Shown here one piece after another: positions 21,461 to 31,029 of a DNA stretch of 64,000 nt. Every line of letters begins with the position of its first letter. Position 1 is the first letter of the stretch. Location of the stretch: the NCBI GenBank assembly GCA_963747235.1, contig CAVVEU010000040.1, forward strand, positions 558,454 through 622,453. Reading direction: 5' to 3'. The translations under genes were made by a program, and so were the position numbers. Under the pieces are notes generated by a model. That model had not been told where the DNA came from and did no database searches. It worked only from the letters and a program-made list of their open reading frames with translations. This DNA comes from an uncultured Candidatus Rokubacteria bacterium. GTDB lineage: Bacteria; Methylomirabilota; Methylomirabilia; Rokubacteriales; CSP1-6.

Positions 21461-21913
21461 TCATGGCGGCACTCGCCTGGTGACCGTCGCCCGCCGGTTG
21501 AGGGCGCGACACGCGGACGTCTTCTCCTTGCAGTGAGGCTCGGCCCCACCGCGGGATTCGGTCATGATGTGATCCGCGGTCACGCCCTTGGTCACCAGAT
21601 AGGCCTTGGCGGATTTGGCCCGCTGCTCGCCGATCTCCAGGCTGATCTCGCTCTCTCCGGGCCCGTCGGTATGCCCCTCGATCACGAGGACCCGCCTCCG
21701 CTCGTCACGCTGCCACGAGGCGTGCGCATCGAGAATGCTCCTGTCCTGTGGCCGGATCTGGGTGATCCCGGCCGGAAAGTAGACGGTCGAGAGCTCTTGG
21801 GGCGCCGCCGACACCACCGAGACCGCGGGCCGAGCCCGGAAGCGCATGAGGACCGACGGCACGAGAAAGAGCATCAGCAACGTCGCGATCCAGGCGAGGC
21901 GCTTGACGTTCAT
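21461..21913 (-). CDS. OmpA/Pal-like peptidoglycan-binding domain protein
   Basis: IEGHTD, GEQRA..AK.YL..KGV, S.G...P.C.....C...NRR. Confidence 0.8.
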   Translation of the reverse strand: MNVKRLAWIATLLMLFLVPSVLMRFRARPAVSVVSAAPQELSTVYFPAGITQIRPQDRSILDAHASWQRDERRRVLVIEGHTDGPGESEISLEIGEQRAKSAKAYLVTKGVTADHIMTESRGGAEPHCKEKTSACRALNRRATVTRRVPP

Positions 21914-21996
21914 CGACCGCGCGCTCGGGCCGGCGCTCGGACTCCCGCCTCGGCGCGTCGGCTGCCTCGGGCGCCGAGAGGGTCGGGGGACGGGTG

Positions 21997-22383
21997 TCAT
22001 GCCACCGCCGGCCCAGCAACCCGGAGGATGGCGTCCAGCAAGACCTGGCCATCGAATGGCTTCACCAGGTATCCGGCCATGCCGGAGCGCCTGATCCGCT
22101 CGCGGGTCGTGGCGTCGTCGTGCGCGGTCATGAAGATGATCGGGATCGCGAGCCGATCCAGCTTCATCTGCTCCTGGAGCTCGAACCCGGTCATCCCCTC
22201 GAGATAGATATCGAGCACCAGGCACGCGGTGCGGGTGGACGGCGTCGAGCCCAGGAATTCCCGCGCGGACGCGAACGTCTCGACGAGGTATCCCGCCGAT
22301 CGGATCAACCGCTGCAGCGCCCGGGCCACCGACGCGTCGTCGTCTACGATCGTGATCATCGAGGTGGGCCTGGGCTCGCGCAT
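21997..22383 (-). CDS. Single-domain response regulator (FixJ-like receiver)
   Basis: IVDDD, CLVLDI, IFMTAH, KPF. Confidence 0.85.
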   Translation of the reverse strand: MREPRPTSMITIVDDDASVARALQRLIRSAGYLVETFASAREFLGSTPSTRTACLVLDIYLEGMTGFELQEQMKLDRLAIPIIFMTAHDDATTRERIRRSGMAGYLVKPFDGQVLLDAILRVAGPAVA

Positions 22384-22424
22384 GGCATCTCCAGGCAATC
22401 GTTGCAGGACGTCAATGGCGGCGA

Positions 22425-22495
22425 TAGTGGACCTTCGTCCTCGGACGTAAAATGGCACCACGGGAGCGATGCCGGGCATGCGACCAAGGTCCACT
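22425..22495. promoter_or_regulatory. Two copies of a GGAC-N4-GTCC-type operator between the receiver gene and ppk1
   Basis: TAGTGGACCTTCGTCC (22425-22440) and GACCAAGGTCCACT (22482-22495), matching the palindrome at 26359-26378. Confidence 0.55.
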
Positions 22496-22529
22496 GTGTC
22501 GCCCTCGGCTCCCCTGCTAGCGTGATGTG

Positions 22530-24596
22530 ATGGCGAGGTTCGAGCTGCCTTCCGACGCGTTCGTGAACCGGGAGCTGTCCTGGCTCGAGTTCAACCGGCG
22601 CGTGCTCGAGGAGGCCCAGGATCCCGCGGTGCCGCTGCTCGAGCGCGTGAAGTTCCTCGCCATCTTCAGCTCCAACCTGGACGAGTTCTTCATGGTGCGG
22701 GTGGCCATGCTGAAGCGCCGCATCCGAGCCGGCGATCTGACCGCGAGCCCGGACGGGCTCACGCCCGCCGCGACCCTGGCCGCGGTGGCGACCCGCGTGC
22801 ACGAGCTGGTCGAGGCCCAGCATCGCTGCTTCCTCGACGACGTCCAGCCGCTCCTGGCCGCCGAGGGCATCGTCCTGCTCCGCGCGAAGGAGCTCGGCGA
22901 GGAGCAGCGGCGCTTTCTCGAGCAGTACATCCGCGGCACCGTGCTCCCGATCCTGACGCCGCTCGCGGTGGACCCGGCCCATCCCTTCCCCTACCTCGGG
23001 AACCGGTCCCTCTGCCTGGTGGCCTCCATCCGGGCCGCCGCGCCCTCGACCCTCCCGGACACCCGCCTCTCCGTGATCCACATCCCGGGGCCGCCGATCC
23101 CACGGTTCATCGCGCTGCCCGACCCGGACGGGCGGCACGCCTTCATTCTCCTGGAAGACGCGATCCGCCTGCATCTGCCCTCGATCTACACCGGCTACGA
23201 CATCCTCTCGAGCCACGCCGTCCGCATCACCCGCGACGCCGATCTCCAGCCTCCGGGCCGGCCCGAGGACCTCCTCACGAGCATCGAGGAGAGCCTGCGG
23301 GAGCGCCGCCTGGGCACGGCGGTGCGGCTGCAGTACGAGGGGGATCTGCCCCCCGAGTTCCTGTCCACGCTTCTCGACGAGCTCGAGCTGCAGCTCGAGG
23401 ATCTCTACGAAGGCGAAGGCTTCGCCGCGTTCTCGGATCTACTCCAGCTCTATGCCGCGCTGGACATTCCCCGTCTCAAGGATCGGCCGCTGCCGCCCCA
23501 CCCCGTCACCGCCTTCGCGACCGCGCCCGACATCTGGAGCGCCCTCCGCGCGCGGGACGTCCTCGTGCACCACCCCTACCACGCCTTCGATGCGGTCACC
23601 CGCTTCGTGCAGGAGGCCTCCGTCGATCCGAAGGTGCTCGCGATCAAGATGACGCTCTACCGGGTGAGCCCGGCCTCGCCGATCGCCCATGCCCTGCACG
23701 CCGCCGTCGAGAACGGCAAGGAGGTCGCGGTCCTGGTGGAGCTCCAGGCGCGCTTCGACGAGGAAGCGAACATCCGCTGGGCCCGCGCGCTCGAAGAGGT
23801 CGGGGCCCACGTGGTCTACGGCCTCCCGGGGTTCAAGACCCACTGCAAGGCGTGCCTGGTCATCCGGCAGGAGAACGACGGGATCCGGCGCTACTGCCAC
23901 CTCGCGACGGGCAACTACAACGTCCGCACCGCCGGGGTCTACAGTGACCTCGGGCTCTTCACGAGCCGGGAGTCGTTCGGCGAGGACCTCACCCAGCTCT
24001 TCAACCTCCTCACCGGCTACACCCGCCCGACCGGCTTCCACCATCTCCTGCTCGCCCCCGGCGGCCTGCGCGAGGGGCTCATCGAGCGCATCCGGCGCGA
24101 AGCCGACCATGCCCGGGCTGGGCGCGCGGGACGGATCATCGCGAAGATGAACGGCCTCGTGGACCGGCGCCTGATCGAGGAGCTGTACGCGGCCAGCACG
24201 GCGGGCGTGAGCATCGATCTGATCGTCCGCGGGATCTGCTGCCTGCGCCCCGAGGTGGGCGGACTTTCGGAGAACATCCGGGTCGTCTCGATCGTGGATC
24301 GCTATCTCGAGCACGCCCGCGTCTTCCACTTCGGCAATGATGGCGACCCGGAATACCTGCTGGCCTCCGCCGACTGGATGCCCCGGAACCTGGATCGCCG
24401 GGTGGAGATCGCCTTCCCGGTGCTGGATCCGGACCTGCAGGCCCAGATCCGCGAGATCCTCGAGATCCAGCTTGCCGACACCGTGAAGGCCCGGCGCATC
24501 CTCTCCGGCGGCGGCTCGGTCCGGGCCCGGGCGGGCGGCGCGCCGGCCCTGCGCTCACAGGATCGGCTCTACGCCGCGCTCGCCGCGACTACGTGA
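22530..24596 (+). CDS. ppk1: Polyphosphate kinase 1
   Basis: NRELSWLEFN.RVL, SNLDEFFMVRVA, HHPY, IKMTLYR, ARFDEEANI, KTHCK, SADWMPRNLDRRVE. Confidence 0.97.
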   Translation: MARFELPSDAFVNRELSWLEFNRRVLEEAQDPAVPLLERVKFLAIFSSNLDEFFMVRVAMLKRRIRAGDLTASPDGLTPAATLAAVATRVHELVEAQHRCFLDDVQPLLAAEGIVLLRAKELGEEQRRFLEQYIRGTVLPILTPLAVDPAHPFPYLGNRSLCLVASIRAAAPSTLPDTRLSVIHIPGPPIPRFIALPDPDGRHAFILLEDAIRLHLPSIYTGYDILSSHAVRITRDADLQPPGRPEDLLTSIEESLRERRLGTAVRLQYEGDLPPEFLSTLLDELELQLEDLYEGEGFAAFSDLLQLYAALDIPRLKDRPLPPHPVTAFATAPDIWSALRARDVLVHHPYHAFDAVTRFVQEASVDPKVLAIKMTLYRVSPASPIAHALHAAVENGKEVAVLVELQARFDEEANIRWARALEEVGAHVVYGLPGFKTHCKACLVIRQENDGIRRYCHLATGNYNVRTAGVYSDLGLFTSRESFGEDLTQLFNLLTGYTRPTGFHHLLLAPGGLREGLIERIRREADHARAGRAGRIIAKMNGLVDRRLIEELYAASTAGVSIDLIVRGICCLRPEVGGLSENIRVVSIVDRYLEHARVFHFGNDGDPEYLLASADWMPRNLDRRVEIAFPVLDPDLQAQIREILEIQLADTVKARRILSGGGSVRARAGGAPALRSQDRLYAALAATT

Positions 24597-25068
24597 CGCC
24601 GCCGCTCTCGCCGCCTTCGTCGTGCCACGGCGCGACCGGCGCGGGATAGCCGTAGTGGTAGTGGCCGAAGCGGGAGGGCGCGCGGACCGTGCTGCGCGGC
24701 CCCAGCTCACCCCGCGCGTCGAAGACCCACGGCCGCCCCGATCCTCCGTTGAACCGTCGGGCTCCGCGAATCGGGACCTCGGCGAGGAACGCGCTCACCG
24801 TCGGATCCGAGTAGGCGCCGAAGGCGTCGACCAGGGTCCCGCGAACGCCGCCCTCGCCTTCGATCGCGTAGACGATCGCCATGTCGTCGGGATCCGAGAC
24901 ACCCTCGAAGCGATGGTACTCGCGGACCACCACCTGGTGAGAACTGAACCGCCGGCCGCTGTCGAACGACCGCAGCTCACCGCCCCTCACACCGAAGTGC
25001 TCGACGAACCCGGAGCCGGCCAGATCAGCCATCGTGCACGCCAGGGTCAGGTCGCTCGCCTCTCTCAC
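24589..25068 (-). CDS. Conserved hypothetical protein (RFEGxSDPDD family)
   Basis: YHRFEGVSDPDDMAIVYAIE..G.RGTLVDAFGAYSD. Confidence 0.7.
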   Translation of the reverse strand: MREASDLTLACTMADLAGSGFVEHFGVRGGELRSFDSGRRFSSHQVVVREYHRFEGVSDPDDMAIVYAIEGEGGVRGTLVDAFGAYSDPTVSAFLAEVPIRGARRFNGGSGRPWVFDARGELGPRSTVRAPSRFGHYHYGYPAPVAPWHDEGGESGGVT

Positions 25069-25070
25069 GA

Positions 25071-25403
25071 CTATCCCCTGAATGTGAGCATCCAGTTCGG
25101 GCCCGCGTGCGAGTCGTGCAGCGTGATGACCAGCCGCCCGCGGCACCGGACGTCGCCGCAGTCGCACGCCGTCGGCTCCACGGGCTCGGGCGTCCACTCC
25201 CCGGTCGGATACGTCATCCGGAGCACCGAACTCTCCGCACACCCCGGGTCGTCCACGAAGACCAGCCGCGTCCGACCGTCGAGCAGGGCGCCCAGGACGT
25301 GCGCGCCGGTTTCCGACCGGATCAAGGGATGGTCGGCCGAGTCGTAGAGGTGGTAGGGCCCTTCGTGATCCCGGAACCGCCGAGCGAAGCCGCCTTCCTC
25401 CAC
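25071..25403 (-). CDS. Hypothetical protein with a CxCx4C cluster
   Basis: Tightly packed in the operon; ACDCGDVRCRG. Confidence 0.5.
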   Translation of the reverse strand: MEEGGFARRFRDHEGPYHLYDSADHPLIRSETGAHVLGALLDGRTRLVFVDDPGCAESSVLRMTYPTGEWTPEPVEPTACDCGDVRCRGRLVITLHDSHAGPNWMLTFRG

Positions 25404-25405
25404 CG

Positions 25406-25900
25406 CTACCGGCCCGCGCCGATCGAGACCACGAAGTTGACGGTCTCCTCCCGGAACGGAGACGCGATGTACGCGAGATCCAGCCGGATCTCCCTGAGCC
25501 GGTTCGCGGTCAGCGCCTCGACCGGGAACTCCACGTCGAGCGTCTGGGAGGCTTCCTGCCCTGGGTCGAGCCGCTCGTTACCGTACGTGGTGAACTTGAC
25601 GATCGGATCGGCATGGGCCGCGTCGAGCTTGATGCGCTGCCCCTGCGCGTCGATGAACTGGAGCTTGCCCTCGACCAGTCGAACCGTCCGGTTCAAGGAC
25701 GTATTGACCAGCCGCAGCTTCCCGGTGAGCCGCGCGGGCGAGACCACGCGCTCGGAATCCTTCTCGACGCGCTCGGTGACCTTCAGCTCGATGACCTCCC
25801 CCGTGATCATCCCGGTCTTCACCGTGATGGACGAGGGGGTCACCGGATAGACCTTGTCCACGATCGCAGCTCCCACCGCCGTCTCTCGCCACACCTTCAT
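25406..25900 (-). CDS. Hypothetical beta-rich protein
   Basis: Intact 164-aa ORF with coding-like codon usage inside the operon. Confidence 0.65.
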   Translation of the reverse strand: MKVWRETAVGAAIVDKVYPVTPSSITVKTGMITGEVIELKVTERVEKDSERVVSPARLTGKLRLVNTSLNRTVRLVEGKLQFIDAQGQRIKLDAAHADPIVKFTTYGNERLDPGQEASQTLDVEFPVEALTANRLREIRLDLAYIASPFREETVNFVVSIGAGR

Positions 25901-25921
25901 CGCATGAGACCTACGGTCGCG

Positions 25922-26290
25922 CTACTTGGCTTCCGCCGTCTTCAGGAGGGCGGTGGCGCAGGCCTCGGCCACGGCCCGATTCGGATCCGCCTGCCCCGGG
26001 AACGTCGCCCATCCGGTCTTCATCACGAATTCCGTCTGCTCGTACGAGGACGTGATGGCGGTGAGCTGGGCGAGCTTCTTGGCGTAGGACACGTCGGCCT
26101 TCTTGCCCGCGAGACAGATCGGGACCAGCGCCGCGGTGACCGCGTTGTCGGACTGGATCATCGCCTGCTGGCGGGCCGTGCTGCTCGTCGTCCACCCGCC
26201 CCAGCTGAACCCCACGATCATCGTGAGGATGCTGCCGATGACCACTCCCCAGATCCCTGGCTTGAGCCACGTCGTGTGCAGTGATGGCAT
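25922..26290 (-). CDS. Conserved membrane-anchored hypothetical protein
   Basis: GGAGG RBS; WG...G.....IVGFSWGGW, AALVPIC, GWAT.PG, VAEACA. Confidence 0.75.
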   Translation of the reverse strand: MPSLHTTWLKPGIWGVVIGSILTMIVGFSWGGWTTSSTARQQAMIQSDNAVTAALVPICLAGKKADVSYAKKLAQLTAITSSYEQTEFVMKTGWATFPGQADPNRAVAEACATALLKTAEAK

Positions 26291-26358
26291 AAGGGCCTCC
26301 CGGCATTCCTTAGAATGTGAGTACATCTCCGAGTGTAGAGAGGCGCCCGCCGGCCCGG

Positions 26359-26378
26359 TAGTGGACCAAGGTCCACTA
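26359..26378. promoter_or_regulatory. Palindromic operator with perfect 9-bp arms
   Basis: TAGTGGACC-AA-GGTCCACTA about 70 bp upstream of ATG 26290. Confidence 0.6.
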
Positions 26379-26462
26379 TGATCCGGCGCGGAGAACACGC
26401 AGCGGGCCGGCGAGGTGATCGCCAACCCCTCGTATTCGTTCGGGTCTACGGGGCCGGGGCGG

Positions 26463-26920
26463 TCAGGGCCGGGGGTCGTCCACCGGGATGTAGACCACCG
26501 GGGCGGTGTGCTTCCTGAACGCTCGGCGCCGGCCGTTCTCGAGGCGCCGGAACGCCTCCGCGGACAGCGAGATCGTCCGGGCCGGAAGGGTCGCCGCGAC
26601 ATTGACCTCGTTCCCGATCACGTCGAAGCGCGCGTCCGCGCCGAACGGACCGATGACCGCGCGGCCAAAGTGCGCCTTCAGGACCACCGGCGAATCCCAG
26701 CCCTTCGCGGCCCACCACGCGTCGATGTCGCGCTTGAGGCCCGGCAGGCCCTCCACCCCGCTCCCGGCGCCCGCCTCGGGCCAGACGGCGAGGAATGCGT
26801 CCCGGCCAGCGCGGCATCCGGCGTGCTCCGCGAGTTCACCATGAAGCGGGTGAGATCCGCGAAGACGATGAGAACGGCCTGCTCGATACGGGAGGACGAA
26901 ACAGGAGCAGACTTCGACAT
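26463..26920 (-). pseudogene. Class III nucleotide cyclase-like gene with an internal deletion
   Basis: IVFADLTRF..ALA joins directly, out of frame, to GDAFLAVW; later FDVIGNEVN; the helix and VKF segment are missing. Confidence 0.6.
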
Positions 26921-27089
26921 GGCACCCTCCGTCACGTGGAAGACGTCTTTCGCCGGCCCATGGGTCCGGCAGGGAGAACGGAGTGTCGCCGGCCCTGCGT
27001 CCGGCAGTTGGCGCGAGGATATGGCGGGGCCGAGCCTACTTCAAGGGCTTCGCCTCGAGCCGGGGTAGCAGGCTCCGAAGGAGGCCTGA

Positions 27090-27290
27090 CCGCGGCGAGC
27101 TGGACCGGGCCCTCGCCACCGCGAAGGCCACCGGCCTGCCCCTGGAGCAAGTCACGCGCGCGCACTTCCCGCTCGCGCGAGGCGGCGCCTCGCGCCGTGC
27201 TGCACGAGATCTACGACGGCCGCGGCTTCGTCGTGCTCCGGGCGTCCTCCCGTATTGCGACGAGGACGTCGGGCTCATCTTCTTCGCGAT
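27090..27290 (+). pseudogene. Remnant of a TauD/TfdA-like dioxygenase N-terminus
   Basis: ELDRAL..GLPLEQVTRAHFPL / EIYDGRGFVVLRG / Y.DED..LIF across frames. Confidence 0.5.
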
Positions 27291-27490
27291 CCACCCGCTA
27301 CAGTGCGACGACCACGTGACGGCCCAACAGAAGGAAACCCCGGAGCTCTCGTCGTTACTCGACCGGATCTCCACGACGTCCCAGGCCACCGCCAAGGACC
27401 GGAAGCATTGGCCGTACTGTTTGGCTCTTGTTGAAACGAACCCGCGGCGAAAAGAGTTGACGGTGGCAGACCGTGGGCCGCGACAGAGAC

Positions 27491-27871
27491 TCACCCCATT
27501 CGGACGAAGGCCGGACTCTCTGTATCCCTCGATCCGTCATGGGCGACAGGGCCTAGTGCGAGCTGGCTGCTCTCCGAGCAGCGGCGCATGCGGTTGAGAT
27601 CGTTGTCCGTAACTTTGTCGGCCACCGACCGGATGTGGACGCGACGGCACGCGGCACATGTGTATTTCTCGACAAGCGCGAGCTTGCCGGTGTTCACGCC
27701 CTTCGTGTAGAAAAGGTCCCCATGATCGATTGCCATCAAGACTTCGTCGAGTGTCCACCTGCGCGGGGCCTTGTTCGGGTCATCACCGACCCCCACGCCG
27801 ACGATGTGGGCTTCCTGATTCGAGTGGCCCGACGACTCTTGGTCCGTACACACGATCCGGTAAGTAGCCAT
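27491..27871 (-). CDS. DUF3892-like small protein
   Basis: GGAGG RBS; YRIVCT..HIVGVG..WTLDEV..I..G..FYT..IRSVAD....NDL..M.RC. Confidence 0.65.
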   Translation of the reverse strand: MATYRIVCTDQESSGHSNQEAHIVGVGVGDDPNKAPRRWTLDEVLMAIDHGDLFYTKGVNTGKLALVEKYTCAACRRVHIRSVADKVTDNDLNRMRRCSESSQLALGPVAHDGSRDTESPAFVRMG

Positions 27872-28123
27872 GTCCTCCCTCCCGATCATGGTTACCGCTT
27901 GGGCCTTCAGTGCATGCCCTTCGGCAGGCGGCCGGGGCGAGCGGGCGGGATCTGAACTGACGACGCGGCGACCACGAGGGTGGGGCACAGAACCGCGTGA
28001 GCGCGACAGCGCGGCCCGAACCGAACGGAGACGCATCGTGAGCCTCCTCGCAGTCGAACAGGTGACGGTCCCCGGGAGAGAGGGTAGAGCGTGGGGAGAC
28101 AAGGAGTCAACCCGATCCTGCCC

Positions 28124-29286
28124 TTACTCGGTAGGGCAGTTTCGATAGAGGGCCTTCAGCCACGGGGGAGCCGCGAACGTCGTCAGCATCACGACGACGA
28201 TGAGCGCCGAGTACAGATCCTCGGCGACCACGCCCGCCGCGAGGCCCACCCCCGCGAAGATCAGGCCGACTTCACCGCGCGGCACCATGCCGACCGCCAC
28301 CGGCCACCGGCGCACGCCGCGCTGGTAGACGGCAAGGCCCGCGGCCAGCTTCGAGGCGACGGCCACGGCGGTCAGCAGCAGCGCGAGGCCGAACTGTGAG
28401 CCCTCGGCGAACGGGTTCAGCATCGCGGGCTGCACCTTCATCCCCACCGTGACGAAGAACACGGGCACGAGCAGATCGGCGACCGGCTTGACGCGCTCCT
28501 CGATGTGCGCCCGCCGCTCCGTCGTGGCCAGGATCAGCCCGGCCGCGAACGCGCCGATGATGGTCGCCAGCCCCATCAGGTCCGCGACGGCGGCCAGCCC
28601 GACCGCGAAGACCACCGAGTAGACGATGAGCGTGCCCCGCGCCTGCAACCGCCCGACCCAGCGGATGAGCGTCGGAGCCAGCCGGATCCCGACCACGATG
28701 GCCACGACCAGGAACACGATCGCCTTTCCCGAGAGCAGGCCAACGGTGGCGAGCGAGACACCTCCCGGTCTGTGCCACCCCGGTCACCACCGCCAGGATG
28801 ATCAGGCCCAGGATGTCGTCCACGACCGCCGCCCCGAGCACCACCTTGGCGGCGGCGTCCTGGAGGCGACCCAGGTCGCGCAGCACGCGCGCCGTGATGC
28901 CGACGCTGGTCGCGGTCAATGTCGCACCGACGAAGACGGCCAGCAGCGCGGGGTGGCCGAGCCACGACATGACCCCGTAGCCGACCGCGAACGGCGCCAC
29001 CACCCCGACGAGGGCGACGAACGTGGCCTGGAGGCCCGGCCCGCAGCAGGCCACCCAGGTCGGACTCCAGGCCGACCTCGAACAGCAGGATCAAGACGCC
29101 GAGCTCGGCCAGGGCGTGCAGCACCTCCGACTCGTGGACCAGCCCCAGGACGCCGGGGCCGATGAGCACGCCCGCCAGCAGCTCGCCCAGGACCGCGGTC
29201 TGCCCGATCCGCTCCATGGCCTCGCCTGCCATTTTCGCGGCGAGCCAGACCAGGACGAGGCCCAGGAGCAGGTCACGGAACTCCAT
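28124..29286 (-). CDS. Cation:proton antiporter (CPA2), frameshifted
   Basis: VLGELLAG..IGP, LLFEVGLE, ATSVGIT, AAVVDDI, GMVPRGEVGLI. Confidence 0.9.
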
Positions 29287-29310
29287 GCGCGCTCCGCTCC
29301 GGCCGCTCGG

Positions 29311-29655
29311 CTATCGGTCCGACATCAACGCCGCGCACCTCGTCCTCAGCTCGGCAAGCGTCCCGGCTTCCTTCACGAATTCGACGGCCGCGCCGAGCGG
29401 CGTCGCCGCGAGGCTGCCGGGCTCGGCGCCCCGGGTCAGCCAGGCGAGCACCTCCTGCCCCGCCGGGCTATCCAGGTTGCACGCCCAGATGCGGTCGGAG
29501 CTGAACCCCATGAACTTCGAGACCTCGATGGTCAGGAGGCCCCCCTTGAAGCCGCCCTTGTCATGGTTGACGATGATCTTCTCGCCGCTGTCGAGCGTGA
29601 TCTGGCAGTACGCGCCGGCCCGCGGATCGGTGACGAAGCGTCCGACTCTTGGCAT
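29311..29655 (-). CDS. Conserved hypothetical protein
   Basis: GAGGAGG RBS; MPRVGRFVTDPRAGAYCQITLDSGEKIIVNHDKGG. Confidence 0.65.
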   Translation of the reverse strand: MPRVGRFVTDPRAGAYCQITLDSGEKIIVNHDKGGFKGGLLTIEVSKFMGFSSDRIWACNLDSPAGQEVLAWLTRGAEPGSLAATPLGAAVEFVKEAGTLAELRTRCAALMSDR

Positions 29656-29755
29656 GGTCGCCTCCTCGGAAGAGCGACTTGACGATGGCGATGAGGGTGA
29701 ATGCGATCGCGAGCATGGCACCGCCCAGGACGATGCCCTCGTATCCCCGTTTCAT
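29561..29755 (-). CDS. Possible small single-TM protein
   Basis: GGAGGG RBS; MKRGYEGIVLGGAMLAIAFTLIAIVKSLF; 3' end overlaps the next gene, so the end is uncertain. Confidence 0.35.
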   Translation of the reverse strand: MKRGYEGIVLGGAMLAIAFTLIAIVKSLFRGGDHAKSRTLRHRSAGRRVLPDHARQRREDHRQP

Positions 29756-29838
29756 GGCCGACCCTCCGCGCACGTGGCGTGATGGAGACCGGCAGGCCCC
29801 ACCATGGGGCCGCCGAACACCACACCGAGCGGGAGGAA

Positions 29839-30159
29839 CTAGTGGGGGGGGTCGGAGGGAGGCGCGGAATCGACGAACGCCCGAGACCGCCAGCCGGCGC
29901 CGGGCCACTCACGCCGCTCGGCCAGCGCGACCGGCGCGAGCCGTTCCTTGACTTCCAGAGGCGGCTGGAACAGGGCGAACGCGAGCCCGCGCCCCTGGGT
30001 GGGCAGCACGCCCGTCTCGGCGGCGGCCCGGGTGCGGGTGTGGGTGCCCTCGGCGGAATCCGCGGGGTCGAACACGAAGACCCCGGGCATCCCGGGAAGC
30101 GACAGGTCGAGCGTCACGTAGAGGAGGACCGCCAGGACAAAGAGCCGCCGATGCCTCAC
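29839..30159 (-). CDS. Small hypothetical membrane/secreted protein
   Basis: LAVLLYVTLDLSLP.MPG.FVFDP.DS.E N-terminus. Confidence 0.5.
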   Translation of the reverse strand: MRHRRLFVLAVLLYVTLDLSLPGMPGVFVFDPADSAEGTHTRTRAAAETGVLPTQGRGLAFALFQPPLEVKERLAPVALAERREWPGAGWRSRAFVDSAPPSDPPH

Positions 30160-30169
30160 GTCGCCGATT

Positions 30170-30838
30170 CTATCTCGCTACTGGCTTGTCATGCAGGAGG
30201 ACGTTGAGGAGGGAGCTATGAATGTGCAGGCCCCCGTTGTATTCGATGAAGCCGAGCTTCCGGAACTTGTTCATGAACTCGTTGATCCGCGGGCGAGTGG
30301 TGCCGACCATCTCCGCCAGAGCTTCTTGACTCACCTTCGGAATCATCGGCTCGGTTACTCCTTCCTTGCCAAAGCGGGCCAGCAACAAGAGCACCCGAGC
30401 CAGCCGCTTCTCGCTCGAATTGAACAGTTGATCCACCAGGTCTTCCTCGATGCGCACATTGCGGGCGAGCAGGTGCGCGATGAACCGCTCGGAAAACAGC
30501 GACTGTTCCTGGAGCAGGCCGATCATGGCCCGGCGCTCGACTCGTACGACCGACACGTCGGTCACCGCCGAAGCGGTGGCCATACGCACCGGCTGGCCCG
30601 CGAGGCACCCTTCGCCAAAGAAGTCACCGCGTCCGAGCATGGCCACGATCGCGGATTTCCCCTGCTCCGAGACCACCGTCAGCTTGATCTGCCCTCGCTC
30701 AAGGTAGAACACCGCGTCCGCGGGATCCCCCTGGGCGAAGACGACTTGCTTCTTCCGGTAGCTGGAGACCGAGCGTCCCGTGCTGGCCTTCGTCAGGAAG
30801 GCCTTCGCGTCGAATGCGGTAGTCGGCTTGCGCCTCAT
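30170..30838 (-). CDS. Crp/Fnr family regulator
   Basis: F.QGD.AD, GDFFGEGCL, SSEKRLAR, HTH SQEALAEMVGTTRPRI. Confidence 0.92.
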   Translation of the reverse strand: MRRKPTTAFDAKAFLTKASTGRSVSSYRKKQVVFAQGDPADAVFYLERGQIKLTVVSEQGKSAIVAMLGRGDFFGEGCLAGQPVRMATASAVTDVSVVRVERRAMIGLLQEQSLFSERFIAHLLARNVRIEEDLVDQLFNSSEKRLARVLLLLARFGKEGVTEPMIPKVSQEALAEMVGTTRPRINEFMNKFRKLGFIEYNGGLHIHSSLLNVLLHDKPVAR

Positions 30839-31029
30839 GACGGCCTCCTCCGATCCCTTCGGGCACCGAGTTACGTGCGCCGACCCACGAAGCCCAGGAC
30901 GATTGTACTCCTTATAGGCTTTCTCCTTTCCCTCCTGGCTGCTGGACAACGTACGGCCCCGCCCTGGATCATGTCCACGAACTCGACCGGCTCCGCGTCG
31001 AAGCGGCGGGGTACGACCCGATTCCGGTC

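Noticed and set aside
22453-22467. TGGCACCACGGGAGC as a sigma54 promoter for ppk1
   Set aside because: Spacing fits but the -12 TTGC context is absent; too weak
27940-27960. GTTCAGATCCC on the minus strand resembling a tRNA T-loop or att site
   Set aside because: No cloverleaf, acceptor stem or second copy
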